Assembly: GCF_902713615.1 (NCBI RefSeq)
Contig: NC_052154.1
Coordinates: 80,393,072 to 80,457,071 of the forward strand
Direction: 5' to 3'
Length of the DNA: 64,000 nucleotides
DNA from: Scyliorhinus canicula
Lineage: Eukaryota
This document shows positions 26,678-39,624 of this stretch, piece by piece (position 1 is the stretch's first letter; every line of letters begins with the position of its first letter). Made by a program: the position numbers and the translations under genes. A model generated the notes under the pieces. The model saw only the letters and a program-made list of their open reading frames with translations, was not told the origin of the DNA and searched no databases.

Positions 26678-27003
26678 AGTGGGCAGCACAGTGGTTAACA
26701 CTGCCTCACACCCCCAGGGACACTGCTTCGATTTTGGATTTGGGTGACTGGAGTTTGCACGTTCTCCCCATGTCTGTGGGTTTCCTCCGGGTGCTCTGGT
26801 TTCCTCCCACAGTCCAAAGATGTGCAGGTTAGGTAGATTGGCCATGATAAATTGCCCCCTTAATGTCCAAGTATGTGCAGATTAGGTGTGGTTTTGGGAA
26901 TAGGGTGGGTGAGTGGGCCTGGGTAGGGTGCCCTTTCAGTGGATCGGTGCAGACTTTCTGGGCCGAATGGCTTCTTTCTGCACTGTAGGAATTCTATGGT
27001 TCT
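26678..27003 (+). mobile_element. HE1/V-SINE-like SINE
   Basis: gggcagcacagtggttaacactgc head, V-domain and gaattctatg tail. Confidence 0.8.
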
Positions 27004-27391
27004 ATTTGTTGGTAGCGTAGGAGTTCCCCCTACAGCAGACACATGCTCAGTGAATTTAATAAACTGTTGTCCTTAGTCACCAGTCATTCGAACCCAGCAC
27101 TTCTACAACAGTATTCCGAATGTTGATATTGCAAACTACAGTCTTAAGCCCTAATTGTTTGGCCCCGCCAGCCCAAGTGATCTGCTTAGCCTATGGGGAA
27201 AGGCTTCAAGGTTCCCTTTTCCAGTTGTCTTCCCTACCACCGCCAATCTCTCGGACACGAGGCAAATATGAACCTTGGCTGAGCTCAGCCGACACAACCA
27301 GTTGGTTGACTAGACCTGCGACCTTCCCATTCCCTGCAGCTCAGTATAGTACTAAACTCTGATGTGTTTCAATTAATGATCTGAGCTGTAC

Positions 27392-27494
27392 CTAGGAATA
27401 TATGGTACTATATGAGGCTTGTGGAAACTGACTCTCCTCTGTCTAATGGCTTACATTTTCCTGGTGCTGGTTTCAGCTGGTGTTGGGAAGACTT
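27392..27494 (-). pseudogene. Orphan cassette: degenerate tyrosine module 2
   Basis: Positionally homologous to 51078-51188 (the flanking introns align). It is 103 nt long (frameshift), has lost the ITIM, and its end reads acc ata tat tcc TAG. Confidence 0.65.
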
Positions 27495-27798
27495 CTGTAA
27501 TATAAATACTTCCTACTCTTGCTAAGTGAATTTCTTATTTTGTGATTTAGGACAATCATTATCATAGCCAGCTCCGACCAGGAAATGAGGATAATAAGCC
27601 ACCGCCCTTTTGATATCGCCTTTGATTGCGACTTCCAAGCAAGTCACTGGGAGAGACCCTGGTTCTTTAGGACATTTTAAATTCTGTTCCATGAAGTCAA
27701 ATCTATCCTGTCCAATTTCAGCAATAACACTGTTAACACAATGTGGATCTTGCATGAAAATTGTTTGGACATTACTGGCCCCAATCCCTGTGTTCTAC

Positions 27799-27909
27799 CT
27801 GGGAATAGATGGTGTGCTCTTTCTCGTGTCTCCATTTGGGGGATCCATTGTCGTGTTTTAGGTTTAGACTAGCATAGGCAACAACATCCTCATTTGGTCC
27901 TTTTCTAGC
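27799..27909 (-). pseudogene. Orphan cassette: tyrosine module 1 ARKGPNEDVVAYASLNLKHDNGSPKWRHEKEHTIYSQ
   Basis: 111 nt, phase 0-0, intact splice sites, canonical ITIM VAYASL; homologous to 51539-51649. Confidence 0.8.
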
Positions 27910-28019
27910 CTGCAAAAAAACAAAAAGCTATATTGAAAACTGAAAGCAGAGAGCCACCTGTCATCAATTGGAACTGAGCCTGAGAATGTAAATGTGCAGA
28001 CAGTAATGGATAACATTAC

Positions 28020-29070
28020 GTCACAATACATTCTGTCCACTTAATGACAACCAGGTCAGTCAAGGCAGCCTTGAGGAGGAGCTCATAGAATGTATCCGTG
28101 ACAGTTTCTCGAACAGAATGTAATGGAACCTACGAGGGAGCAAGCTACCCTAGCTCTGGTACTGTGTAATGCGACAGGAATAATTAATGATCTCGTTCGG
28201 GATCCTCTTGAAAGGAGCGATCATAATATGGTTGAAATTTAAAATTCAATTTGGAGGGTGAGGAGGTCAAAATCCAATACCTGTATCTTGGGCTTAAACA
28301 AAGGAGACTACAATGTGATGAGGGAGGGGTTGCTAAGGTAAACTGGGAGCAAAGACTTTATGGTGGGACAATTGAGGAACAGTGGAGGCCTTTCAAAGTG
28401 ATTTTTCACAGTGCTTAAATGAGTGGGCAAGGGTCTGGCAGATGGAGTACAATGTTGGTAAATGTGAGGTCATCCATTTTGGTAGGAATAACAGCAAAAT
28501 GGATTATTATTTAAATGGTAAAAAATTGCAGCATGTTGCTGTGTGGAGGGACCTGGGTGTCCTTGTGCATTAATTGCAAAAAGTTGGTTTGCCGATGTAG
28601 CAGGTAATTAAGAAGGCAAATGGAATTTTGTCCTTCATTGCTCGAAGGATGGAGTTTAAAAACACGGGAGATTATGTTGCAGCTCTCTAAGATGCTGGTG
28701 AGGCCATGCCTGAAGTACTGTGTACAGTTTTGGTCTCATTTGAGAAAGGATGTACTGGCACTGGAGGGGGTGCAGTGGAGATTAACTAGGTTGATTCAGG
28801 AGTTGAGAGGATTGGCTTTTGAGGAGAGACTGAGTTGACTGGGTCTATACTTATTGCAATTTAGAAAAATGAAGGGGATCTTGCAGAAACATAAAATAAT
28901 GAGGGGAATAGTTAAGATAGAAGCAGGGAGGTTGTTTCCACTGATGGGTGAAAATGGAACTAGGGGGCATAGCCTCAAAATAAGGGGGAGTGGAGTTGAG
29001 GAAGAACTTTTTCACCCAAAGGTTTGAGAATCTGTTGCATTTCCTGCCAAGTGAGGAAGTTGAAGCTACC
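28020..29070 (+). mobile_element. CR1-type LINE, endonuclease end joined to the RT C-terminus (internal deletion)
   Basis: SDHNMVE followed shortly by WARVWQMEYNVGKCEVIHFG and LVRPCLKYCVQFWS. Confidence 0.85.
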
Positions 29071-29449
29071 CTTTTTTAATAAGTATTTTTATTAAGATTT
29101 TGCAGAATTTTTCATAATTAAACAGTAGTAACCATAACAAAACAAACTATAGTGAACATTAGAATATACAATAACAATTAAACACGCATTACCCACGCGA
29201 CCCAGACTTCCCACACCATCCCAATGAAGCACTCACCCCCCCCCCCACGGATTGCTGCTGCTGCTGACATTTTAATTTTCCCTGAGAAAGTCAACGAACG
29301 GCTGCCACCTCTGACAGAACCCTAGCGTAGACCCTCTTAAGGCAAACTTTATTTTTATTTTCTCGAGGCTGAGTAACCCAGCCATGTCGGTAACCCAAGC
29401 CTCTACACTCGGTGCCTTCGAGTCCTTGCACATTAATAAAATCCGTCTC

Positions 29450-32400
29450 GACTTCCGGTTGCGGTTATGCAGAGCTAAGCTGCACATTCGGTGGCTCCCG
29501 CTTTTTTCGGTCTTTTGGGCTCTTTTAATGGCCCATTGCGGCGCTGGCTGGACTTTCCCCGGTGGGGGAACACATCTGCTGCGTTTATCTGCTGGTGGAT
29601 GGGCTGGACCAGGAGGCGGTCAAAAAAATCAGCTTTGGAGCAAAGAAAGGTGCGAAACAGGAAGAACAAGATGGTGGCGGGCGGGGAACTGGCAGTGTGG
29701 CAACAGTGGGCGCAGGAGCAGCTTCAGCGCTGTTTCAGAGAGCTGAAAGCTGAGCTGCTGGAACCACTTTAAGGCCTCACTGGATAAGCTCAAGGCGACT
29801 CAGACGGCTCAGGGTGCAGAGATCCACGAGTTACGGCACAAGGCCTCGGAGAACGAGGATGAAATCCTAGGCCTGGCAGTGAAGGTGGAATCGCACGAGG
29901 CGCTGCACAAAAAATGGCAAGCGAGGATGGAGGAAATGGACAACGGCTCGCAGCGGAAGAACTTGCGGATCCTGGGCCTCCCGGAGGGGCTGGAGGGATC
30001 GGACCTGGGGGCCTATGTGGCCTTGATGCTGAACTTGCAAATGGGGGCCGGGTCCTTCCAAGGGACCTTGGAGCTGGAGGGTGCCCATCGAGCGTTGCTG
30101 AGAAAGCCCGGGCCGAACGAGCCGCCAAGCGCGGTGCTGGTCCGTTTTCACCGCTTCGTCGACCGTGAGTGTGTGCTGAGATGGGCTAAAAAGGAGAGGA
30201 GCAGCAGGTGGGAGAACGCAGAGAATCCGGATTTATCAGGACTGGAGCGTGGAGGTGGCGAAGAGAAGGGATGGTTTTAACCAGTCGAAGGCAGTGCTGC
30301 ACAAGAAAGGGGTGAAGTTCGGCCTGCTACAGCAGGCACGCCTCTGGGTCACTTATAAAGACAGCCAGCTCTATTTTGACTCCCCGGAAGATGCCTGGGC
30401 CTTCATCCAGGCAGAGAAGCTGGACTCGGACTGAGGGGGGGTTGGGGATTGATGTATATTGTCCGGAGGCTCTGTTCTCCCTGGTAATTCTTTATTGGTC
30501 CTTTTTTGTTTTTTCTCTTTTTGGGGCTTTTCAACTATTTATTTCTGTGTTTTTCTCACTGGTGGAGGGTTGGGGAGCTGTATTGCAGGTCCGTTGGGTC
30601 GCGCGCCCTTTTCTTTCCCGTGTTTAAGGTCGGGGGACGGGGTTTCAGATGGAAGCGCAGGCTTTTTTCCCGCGCTGGAGGTGGAGTGGGAGAGGCCTGC
30701 ACCAGGCCGGGGGAGTGGCGGTTGTGTCACACGGGGGGGGGGGGGTCATTGGGGTGGCGGGAGCAGCCGGGGTCAGAAGGAGTTGGCTGTCTTACAGAAG
30801 TACAACGAGAGGGGTAACGCAGCTAGGGGGGGAGTAGTGGGGGGGTACCGGGTTGCTGCTGGAAGGGCCGAAGGGTGTACTGCGGGCACGTAGTGGGCTG
30901 AGGGAGAGTTATGGCTGACCGGCGCAGAGTGAGGGGGAATAGCCCCCCCCATTCGGCTGGTCACATGGAATGTAAGGTGGCTGAATGGGTCGGTGGACCA
31001 GGTGGGAGGGGTGGACCGTTGGAGGTTTATGAGGCCGGGAGGTAGGGAGTTCTCGTTTTTCTCCCACGTCCATAAGGCTTACTCCCGGATCGACTTTTTT
31101 GTCTTCAGCAGGGCGCTGATTCCGAGGGTGGTAGGGGTGGAGTACTCGGCGATAGCCATATCAGACCACGCTCCGCATTGGGTGGATCTGGGGGAGGGGA
31201 AGGATCAACGCCTGCTGTGGAGGTTAAAGGTGGGGCTGCTGTCGGATGAGGAGGTATGTGGGTGGGTCCGTAGGTGTACAGAGGGGTATTTGGAAGCTAA
31301 TGAAAATATGGAGGTGCAGGTGGGGGTTGTCTGGGAAGTGTTGAAGGCGGTGGTTAGAGGGGAGCTGATATCTATTCGGGCACACAGGGAAAGGGGGAAG
31401 AGGGCTGAGAGGGAGAGGTTGGTGGAAGAAATGGTAAGGGTGGACAGGAGGTACGCGGAGGTCCCAGAAGAAGGGCTTTTGAGGAAGCGTCGTAGTCTCC
31501 AAGCGGAGTTTGACATATTGACCACCAGGAAAGCGGAGGTGCAGTGGAGGAGGGCACAGGGGGCGGTATATGAGTACGGGGAGAAGGCAAGTCGGATGCT
31601 AGCCCACCAGTTTCGGAAGTGGGAGGCGCCGAGGGAGATAGGTGGAGTTAGACATGTAGGAGGGAGTCTGGTGCGGAGTGCAACGGGCATTAACGGGGTG
31701 TTCAGGACCTTTTATGAGGAGTTGTACCGGTCAGTGCCCCCTGGGGAGGAGGGTGGGATGGACCGCTTCTTGGACAAGCTGGAGGTCCCGAGAGTGGGGG
31801 AGGAGCGGGCGGAGGGTCTGGGGGCCCCGATCGAGTTGGAGGAGCTGATCAAGGCGATGGGGAGTATGCAGTCAGGGAAGGCACCGGGGCCTGATGGGTT
31901 CCTGGTGGAATTTTACAAGAGGTTTTCAGACCTGTTGGGCCCGCTGTTAGTGCGGACCCTGAATGAGGCAAGGCGGGGGGGGGCCTTGCCCCCGACGATG
32001 TCCAGTGCATTAATTTATTTGATCTTGAAGCGAGATAAGGACCCCCTCCAGTGTGGATCTTACAGGCCGATCTCGCTCCTCAATGTGGACGCGAAGCTGC
32101 TGGCCAAGATACTGGCCAGGAGGGTGGAGGATGTGATCCTGCAGGTCATTCATGAGGACCAAACGGGTTTTGTGAAGGGGAGGCAGCTGAATGTCAATGT
32201 GCGGCGCCTTCTTAACGTCATAATGATGTCGGCGGGGGGGGGGGGGGGGGGGGGGGCGGAGATAGTGGCATCGATGGATGCGGAGAAAGCTTTTGACAGG
32301 GTGGAGTGGAGCTACCTGTGGGAGGTGTTGAGGAGATTTGGGTTTGGTGAGGGATTTATTAGGTGGGTGAGCATGTTGTATAGTGCTTCGGTGGGAGGAG

Positions 32401-35018
32401 GTCGGAGGACTTTCGGTTGTCCTGGGGGATGAGGCAGGGGTGTCCGCTGCTCTTCGCGTTGGCGATCGAAACCCTGGCCATGGCACTGAGGGAATCGAGG
32501 AGCTGGAGGGGGATTGTGCGGGGGGTGGGGGGAGCACCGGCTGTCGCTGTACGCGGACGATTTACTGCTGTACATTGCGGATCCGGCGGGGGGGATGCCA
32601 GAGGTGATGAGGATCTTGGGGGAGTTCAGACTTTTGTGGCTATAAGCTCAATGTGGGGAAGAGTGAGCTGTTTGTGGTGCATATGGGGGACCAGTAGAAT
32701 GAAATAGGGGAGCTCCCGCTGAAAAGGGCAGAGAGGAGCTTCAGATACCTGGGAGTCCAGATAGCTTGGAGCTGGGGGTCCCTGCATAGGTTAAACTTCA
32801 CGAGGTTGGTGGAGCAGATGGAGGAGGAGTTCAGGAGGTGGGACGTGTTGCCACTCTCCCTAGCGGACAGGGTCCAGTCGGTTAAGATGACGGTGCTCCC
32901 GATGTTTTTGTTTCCAGTGTTTACCCATTATGATTCCGAAGGCTTTCTTTAGGAGGGTTAACAGGAGCATTACGGGGTTTGTGTGGGCGCAGAAGACCCC
33001 GAGGGTGAGGAGGGTATTCTTGGAGCGAGGCAGGGAGGTGGGTGGATTGGCGCTGCCCAACCTGTGTGGGTATTACTGGGCTGCGAATGTGGCAATGATT
33101 CATAGGTGGGTGATGGAAGGGGAGGGAGCCGCATGGAAGAGGATGGAGGCGGCGTCCTGTGTGGGCACGAGTTTAGAGGCGCTGGACAGCCCCGTTGCTG
33201 CTCCCCCCGGCAAGGTACTCTTTGAGTCCGGTAGTGGTGGCTACCCTCAAAATCTGGGGGCAGTGGAGGAGGCATAGGGGGGAAGTGAAGGCCTCGGTCT
33301 GGTCCCCGATACGGGGGAACGACCGGTTTGTACCAGGGAGGATAGATGGAGGGTTTTTGAGTTGGCACAGGGCAGGTATCAGGTGGATGAGGGACCACTT
33401 CCTAGACGGGAGGTTTGCCACTTTAGAGGAGTTGGAGGGGAAGTGGGGTCTACCCCCAGGGAATTCCTTTTGGTACATGCAGAATAGGACGTTTGTTAGG
33501 CGGCAGGTAGCAGAGTTTCCGCTATTGCCGCCAAGAGGGGTTCAGGACAGGGTGCTCTCGGGGACGAGGGTCGGCGAGGGTAGGATCTCTGCAATTTATC
33601 AGGTGATGCAGGAGGGGGAGGAGGCCTCTGTGGAGGAGCTGAAAGCGAAGTGGGAGGAGGAGTTGGGGGAGGAGCTTGACGAGGGGACGTGGGCGGACGC
33701 CCTGGGGAGGGTGAATTCCTCCTCTTCTTGCGCACGGCTTAGTCTAATCCAACTAAAGGTGCTGCATAGGGCGCATATGACTGGGACCAGGCTGAGCCGG
33801 TTCTTTGGGGGTGAGAACAGGTGTGGCAGGTGTTCGGGGAGCCCAGCGAATCACACCCATATGTTCTGGGCATGTCCGGCATTGGGGGGTTTCTGGAAGG
33901 GGGTGGCGGGGAACTTGTCCAAGGTGGTTGGTTCCAGGGTGGAACCGGGCTGGGGGCTCGCTATTTTTGGGGTAGCACCAGAGCCGGAGTGCAGGAGGCT
34001 AAAGAGGCCGGTATTCTGGCCTTTGCGTCCCTAGTAGCCCGGCGAAGGATCCTTTTACAGTGGAGGGATGCGAAGCCCCCGAGCCCGGAATCCTGGATCA
34101 GCGACATGGCTGGGTTCATTAAACTGGAGAGGGTCAAGTTTGCCCTGAGGGGGTCGGTGCAAGGGTTCTTCCGGCGGTTGCAGCCTATTCTTGATTTCCT
34201 GGCGGAGCATTAGAGGGTGGCCAACTTCAGCAGCAACACGGGGGGAACTATGGGTTCGTTATGGGGGTTTGTTCTTATGGTTCTATGTTTATTACTCTTT
34301 CTTGTTGTTAATTTATTGTTTTTGTATTGGGGGTGTAGCCACCTGGGTTGGCCACTTCCCGACTTAAAATGGAGATTCGCAAAGAACGCAGGGAAAATTG
34401 GACAGTATGAGAAAAGGGCGCAAAGCCCCTGGGGCCTATAAAAGACAGGTCCCAAGTTCAATTCGCTCTCTTGGCAATTTCTCTCGATAGACTTCTCGGC
34501 AGGGTCACGCAGCAGACCGAAACAACACTTGACCCTGAACTGCCTTGCAGCTGCACCACCAAGTAAGTGTCCAGTCAACGCACGCTACGAGATAGACGCT
34601 CCTGACCCTTAGTCGGTACCAGCTGGAAGCCTGCAGTCTCAGGATTAAACAAGAGGCCATTGTTCCCTGACCCAGTGGGTTCCTTTTCCAGAAGATAAGT
34701 ATTGGCCTGTAGTGGTAGAAGTAGCTTAGTTTTGTAGTATTTATGCTTGAGTAGCAATTGACTGTGTATATAATAAATGTGTTTTGATTTGAACCTTACT
34801 AACTGGTGTATTGAGTTATTGATCAGCACTTGAACTTGAACCTCATGGTGATATCATAAAGATAGCTGGCGACTCTACAGCAAGGTAATAAAACAGCCAA
34901 TTGAGGGTAAAGCACACTCACCAAAACGAGCAACAGTTATGGTTTTTCTCTTTTTGTTGTTGGGATAACATTTGTTGCTGGAAAATTTGAATTAAAATTA
35001 TTATTTTTTAAAAATTAT
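29450..35018 (+). mobile_element. Near-full-length L1/Tx1 LINE nested in the previous element
   Basis: 9-bp TSD ATCCGTCTC (29441-29449 and 35019-35027); 5' GACTTCCGGTTGCGG. Disrupted ORF1 (~29670-30434) and ORF2 (~30910-34213) with an endonuclease deletion. Confidence 0.92.
34334..34935 (+). mobile_element. Probable solo LTR (~600 bp) in the L1 3' UTR
   Basis: TG...CA ends, TATAAAA at ~34436 and AATAAA at ~34887; interrupts the L1 3' UTR. No clear TSD found. Confidence 0.6.
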
Positions 35019-37195
35019 ATCCGTCTCCGGGTTACTAGGGAGGCAAAGGCCAAGACGTTGGCCTCTTTCGCCCCCTGAACTCCCGGGTCTTCTGACACTC
35101 CAAAGATCGCTATCTCTGGACTTGGCACCACCCGTGTGTTAAGCACCTTGGACATTGCCCTCGTGAACCCTTGCCAGAACTCTCTAAGCTCTGGGCATGC
35201 CCAAAACATGTGGACATGGTTTGCAGGGCTGGCCTTGCACCTCGTACAACTGTCTTCTATCCCAAACACCTTGCTCATTCTCGCTGCCGTCATGTGTGCC
35301 CGGTGGACCACCTTAAATTGAATTAGACTGAGCCTGGCACATGATGAGCAGGAATTAACCCTGCCCAGGGCCTCTGCCCACAGACCCGCTTCTAACTCCT
35401 CACCTAGTTCCTCCTCCCACTTGCCCTTGAGCTCCTCCACTGGGGTTTCCTCCGCCTCCTGTAGTTCCTGGTAGATATCCGACACCCTCCCCTCCCCCAC
35501 CCAGCAGCCGGAGACCACCCTGTCCTGTATCCTCAGTGGCGGCAGCGTCGGAAAGGCCACTACCTGTTTTTTCAGGAAGGCTCGTATTTCCAGATATTTA
35601 AAGGCGTTTCCTGGCAGCAGATTAAATTTGTCCTCTAGCGCCTTCAAACTGGGAAAGCTTCCGTCTATGAACAGATCTCCCATCCTTCTGATGCCTGCCC
35701 TCTGCCAGCTCTGGAGCCCACCATCCATCGTACCCGGGACAAACCTGTCATTGTTGCATATCGGGGTCTAGACCGACACTCCCTCCACTCTGTTGTACCT
35801 CCTCCACTGTCCCCAGATCTGCAGTATTGCCACCACCACCGGACTTGTGGAGTAACGGGTCGGCGAGAAAGGCAAAGGAGCCGTTATCAAAGCTCCCAGC
35901 CTAGTACCTTAACATGACTCCGCTCCCACGCCGCCCCCCGCCCCCATCGCCCACTTCCTAATCATAGCTACATTGACCGCTCAATAGTAGTTGCGAAAGT
36001 TCGGCAGCGCCAACCCCACCCCCCCGACTGCGCTCCAACAGCAATCACCTTATTCGCGGGGTCTTATTCGCCCACACAAAGCCCGTAATGATCCTACTCA
36101 CCCGCTTAAAAAAGGCCTTAGGGTGAAGATGGGGAGGCACTGAAAGACAAACAAAAATCTAGGGAGGACAGTCATTTTCACGGTCTGCACCCTCCCTGCC
36201 AGTCACAGCGGGAGCATGTCCCACCTTTTAAAGTCCCCTTCCATTTGCTCCACCAACCGGGTCAGGTTGAGCTTGTGCAGGGCATCCCATTTCCTGGCCA
36301 CCTGTATACCCAGGTAACGAAAACTGAGCGGCAGCTCTTTCAGTCTCTCCTCCTGCCCCTTGGCCTGGATAACAAACAACTCGCTCTTTCCCATGTTCAG
36401 TTTGTATCCTGAAAAACTACCAAAACCCCGCAGGATCCGCCGATCCTCCCCCATCCCCTCCACAGGGTCCGAAATGTACAGGAGCAAATCATCCGCGTAT
36501 AGCAAGACCTGATGTTCCACCCCTCCCCCCGCCCCCCAGAACCAGTTCCTCAAGGCTCTCAGCGCCATAGCTAGTGGTTCTATAGCTAGGGCAAATAGTA
36601 ACGGGGAGAGGGGACACCCCTGCCTCGTTCCCCGGTGAAGCTCGAAGTACCCCGACCGTTGCCGGTTTGTACATACACTTGCTACAGGCGCCTGGTACAG
36701 CAATTTCACCCAGCCTATAAAGCCCTCACCAAACCTGAACCTCCCCAGCGTTTCCCAGAGGTACTCCCACTCCACCCGGTCAAAGGCTTTCTCTGCATCC
36801 ATCGCTGTTACCTCCTCCGCCTCCCCTCCCTCTGAGGGCACCATAATAATATTCAAAAGTCTACGGACTTTTATAACCCCTGGGACGCAATCCTCAATTC
36901 TTGTGGCCAGAATCTTAGCTAGCAATTTGGCATCCACGTTTAAAAGCGAAATCGGCCTGAATGACCTGCAATGTTCCGGGTCCTTCCCTCATTTGAGAAT
37001 GAGTGAGATCAAAGCCTGTGACATTGTTGGAGGGAGGGTTCCTTTCTCTCTAGCCTCATTGAAGGTCCTCATCAGGAGTGGGCTCAATATTTCCGAAAAT
37101 TTCTTACAGAATTTTACCTGGTAACCATCCGGTGGCGCGCCGCACCACAAAATGGGTGCAGCAGGTCGGAGAATCCTGCCCATGTTCTTTTCATT

Positions 37196-37230
37196 CACCT
37201 GAGGAAGGAGCAGTGCTCCGAAAGCTGGTG
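37196..37230 (+). ncRNA. Second hammerhead motif copy (cleavage-site variant CUG) within an 87-bp TSD-flanked insert (37192-37278)
   Basis: Identical core and stems to 3341-3375 except position 17 is G; 12-bp TSD CCATGTTCTTTT. Confidence 0.65.
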
Positions 37231-37511
37231 TTTGAAACAAACATGTTGGACTTTAACCTGGTGTTGTAAGACGTCTTACCATGTTCTTTTGAATCAAGGT
37301 TCCATTCTGGGACCTTCACATTCCTAACACCAACTGGATTGGAACAGAAGGATGTAAGACTTGGGTGCGGTAGCAGAGGTAACTTACTAGAATGGGACTG
37401 GGGGGAGGGACTTACATTGGGGAGAATAGAGAATCTATGGTTGTTCTCAGAGCAGAGGATGATAAGTGGAGATATTAGGAGAGATTTTGACAGGAGTAAA
37501 AATGGACAGAG

Positions 37512-37548
37512 TGTTTTCAATGATGGTTGTTTTGATTAACAGTAACCC

Positions 37549-37586
<38 letters not shown>

Positions 37587-39480
37587 CCCCGCAAATACAG
37601 AAGCAATAAATTAACGAAAATAATGAACATGAGAACAAATACACATACCCAATAAAGGAAAAAAAATCCATCCCACACCTCCCGGGTTGCTGCTGAAATT
37701 GACCACCCTCTAATGCTCCGCCAGAAAGTCTAGAAACGGTTGCCACCGCCGGAAGAACTCTTGCACCGACCCACTTAGGGCAAACTTGACCCTCTCCACT
37801 TTTTAAAAAAAGTTTTTTTTAAAAAAAAATTTAGATTACCCAATTATTTTTTCCAATTAAGGGGCAATTTAGCATGGCCAATCCACCTACTCTGCACATT
37901 TTTGGGTTGTGAGGGCGAAACTCATGCAGACACGGGGAGAATGTGCAAACTCCACACGGACAGTGACCCAGAGCCGGGATCGAACCTGGGATCTCAGGGC
38001 CGTGAGGCAGCTGTGCTAACCACTAGGCCACCGTGCTGCCCGACCCTCTCCACTTTGATAAACCCAGCCGTATCATTGATCCAGGATTCCACGCCCGGGG
38101 GCCTCGCATCCTTCCACTGCAAAAGAATCCTGCGCCGGGCTACCAGGGACGCAAAGGCCAGAATACCGGCCTCTTTCGCCTCCTGCACTCCCGGCTCCGC
38201 TGCTACCCCAAAAATTGCGAGCCCCCAGCCCGGCTCAACCTTGGAACCAACCACCCTTGACAGCGTCTCCGCTTAGCCCCTCCAAAAGCCCTCCAGTGCA
38301 GGGCACGCCCAAAACATGTGGGTGTGGTTTGCTGGGCTTCCAGAACACCTGACACATCTGTCCTCTCTCCTAAAGAACCGGTTCAGCCTAGCCCCAGTCA
38401 TGTGCGCCCTATGCAGCACCTTTAATTGAATTAAACTAAGCCTCGCGCAGGAGAAGGAGGAATTCACCCTCCCCACGGCATCCGCCCACGTCCCCTCATT
38501 GATCTCCTCTTCCAGCTCCTCCTCCCATTTATCTTTCAGCTCTTCCTCCCCCCCACCCCGCACTTCTCCCTCCAGTTCCTCGTCTCCCTCAGTGCCATGG
38601 CCAGGGGTTCGATCGCCAGCGCAAACAGCAGGGGAGACAGGGGGCACCCCTGCCTCGTCCCCTGGTACAGTCGAAAATTCTCCGACCTCCTCCCATTCAT
38701 AACCACACTCGCCACCGGGGCTTCATACAGCAGCCTCATCCACTTAATAAATCCCTCTCCAAACCCAAACCTTTTCAACACCTCCAAAAGGTATCCCCAC
38801 TCCAGCCTATCAAAGGCCTTCTCCGCATCCATCGCCGCCACTATCTCCGCCTCTCCATCCACTACCGGCATCATTATGACATTGAGAAGCCTCCGTACAT
38901 TAACATTCAACAGCCTCCCCTTCACAAAACCCATTTGATCCTCGTGTATGACCTGCGGCACGACGTCCTCCACCCTCCTGGCCAATATCTTTGCTGCTAG
39001 CAGTTTCGCGTCCACATTCAGGAGCGAAATCGGTCTATATGACCCGCACTGAAGGGGATCCTTATCCCGCTTCAGGATCAGTGTGATCAGCGCCCTAGAC
39101 ATCGTCGGGGGCAAAGCCCCCCCTCCCTTGCCTCATTAAAGGTCCTAACTAGCAGCGGGCCCAGCGGGTCTGAAAACTTCTTGTAGAATTCAACCGGGAA
39201 CCCATCGGGCCCTGGTGCCTTCCCTGTCTGCATGGTCCCCATCGCGTTAACCATCTCCTCCAGCCCAACTGGTACCCCCAACCCCCCCACCTGCTCCTCC
39301 TCCACTCTCAGAAACCTTAGCTTGCCCAGAAAGTGATCCATCCCTCCCTCCTCCACTGGGGGCACTGACCGGTATAGTTCCTCATAAAAAGTCCTAAACA
39401 CCCCGTTGATGCCCCTCGCACCTCGTAGCAGACTCCCTCCTCCATCCCTAACTCCCCCTATCTCCCTAGCTGCCTCCCTG
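37512..39480 (-). mobile_element. 5'-truncated, internally deleted L1/Tx1 LINE
   Basis: ORFs 38536..39114 (RT) and 38273..38647 (C-terminal Cys/His motif); poly-G/C in the 3' UTR. Confidence 0.88.
37803..38041 (-). mobile_element. Full-length SINE inserted into L1 ORF2
   Basis: 15-bp TSD GACCCTCTCCACTTT (37788-37802 and 38042-38056). Confidence 0.9.
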
Positions 39481-39624
39481 CAATACATTTCCAGCTGGCA
39501 GAAGCGAATACAATGGAAACTTTTAAAACGAGAATGAGATGACATTGAATAAACTAAAATCAAGGGCGACGTGTAACAAGTAGGAAATTGGCCTAACTGA
39601 ATAGTCATTTCTAAGAAGTGGCGT

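Larger units (their letters stand above)
29073..37133 (-). mobile_element. 5'-truncated L1/Tx1 LINE split in two (29073-29449 and 35019-37133) by a nested L1
   Basis: The ORF2 C-terminus continues seamlessly across the insertion; RT motifs DAEKAFD, RQGCPLSPLLF and LYADDLLL. Confidence 0.88.

Noticed and set aside
27522-27798. Long read-through ORF after orphan module 1 (MQDPHCVNSV...)
   Set aside because: The sequence aligns with intron of the first copy, where the frame is closed; there are no recognisable motifs.
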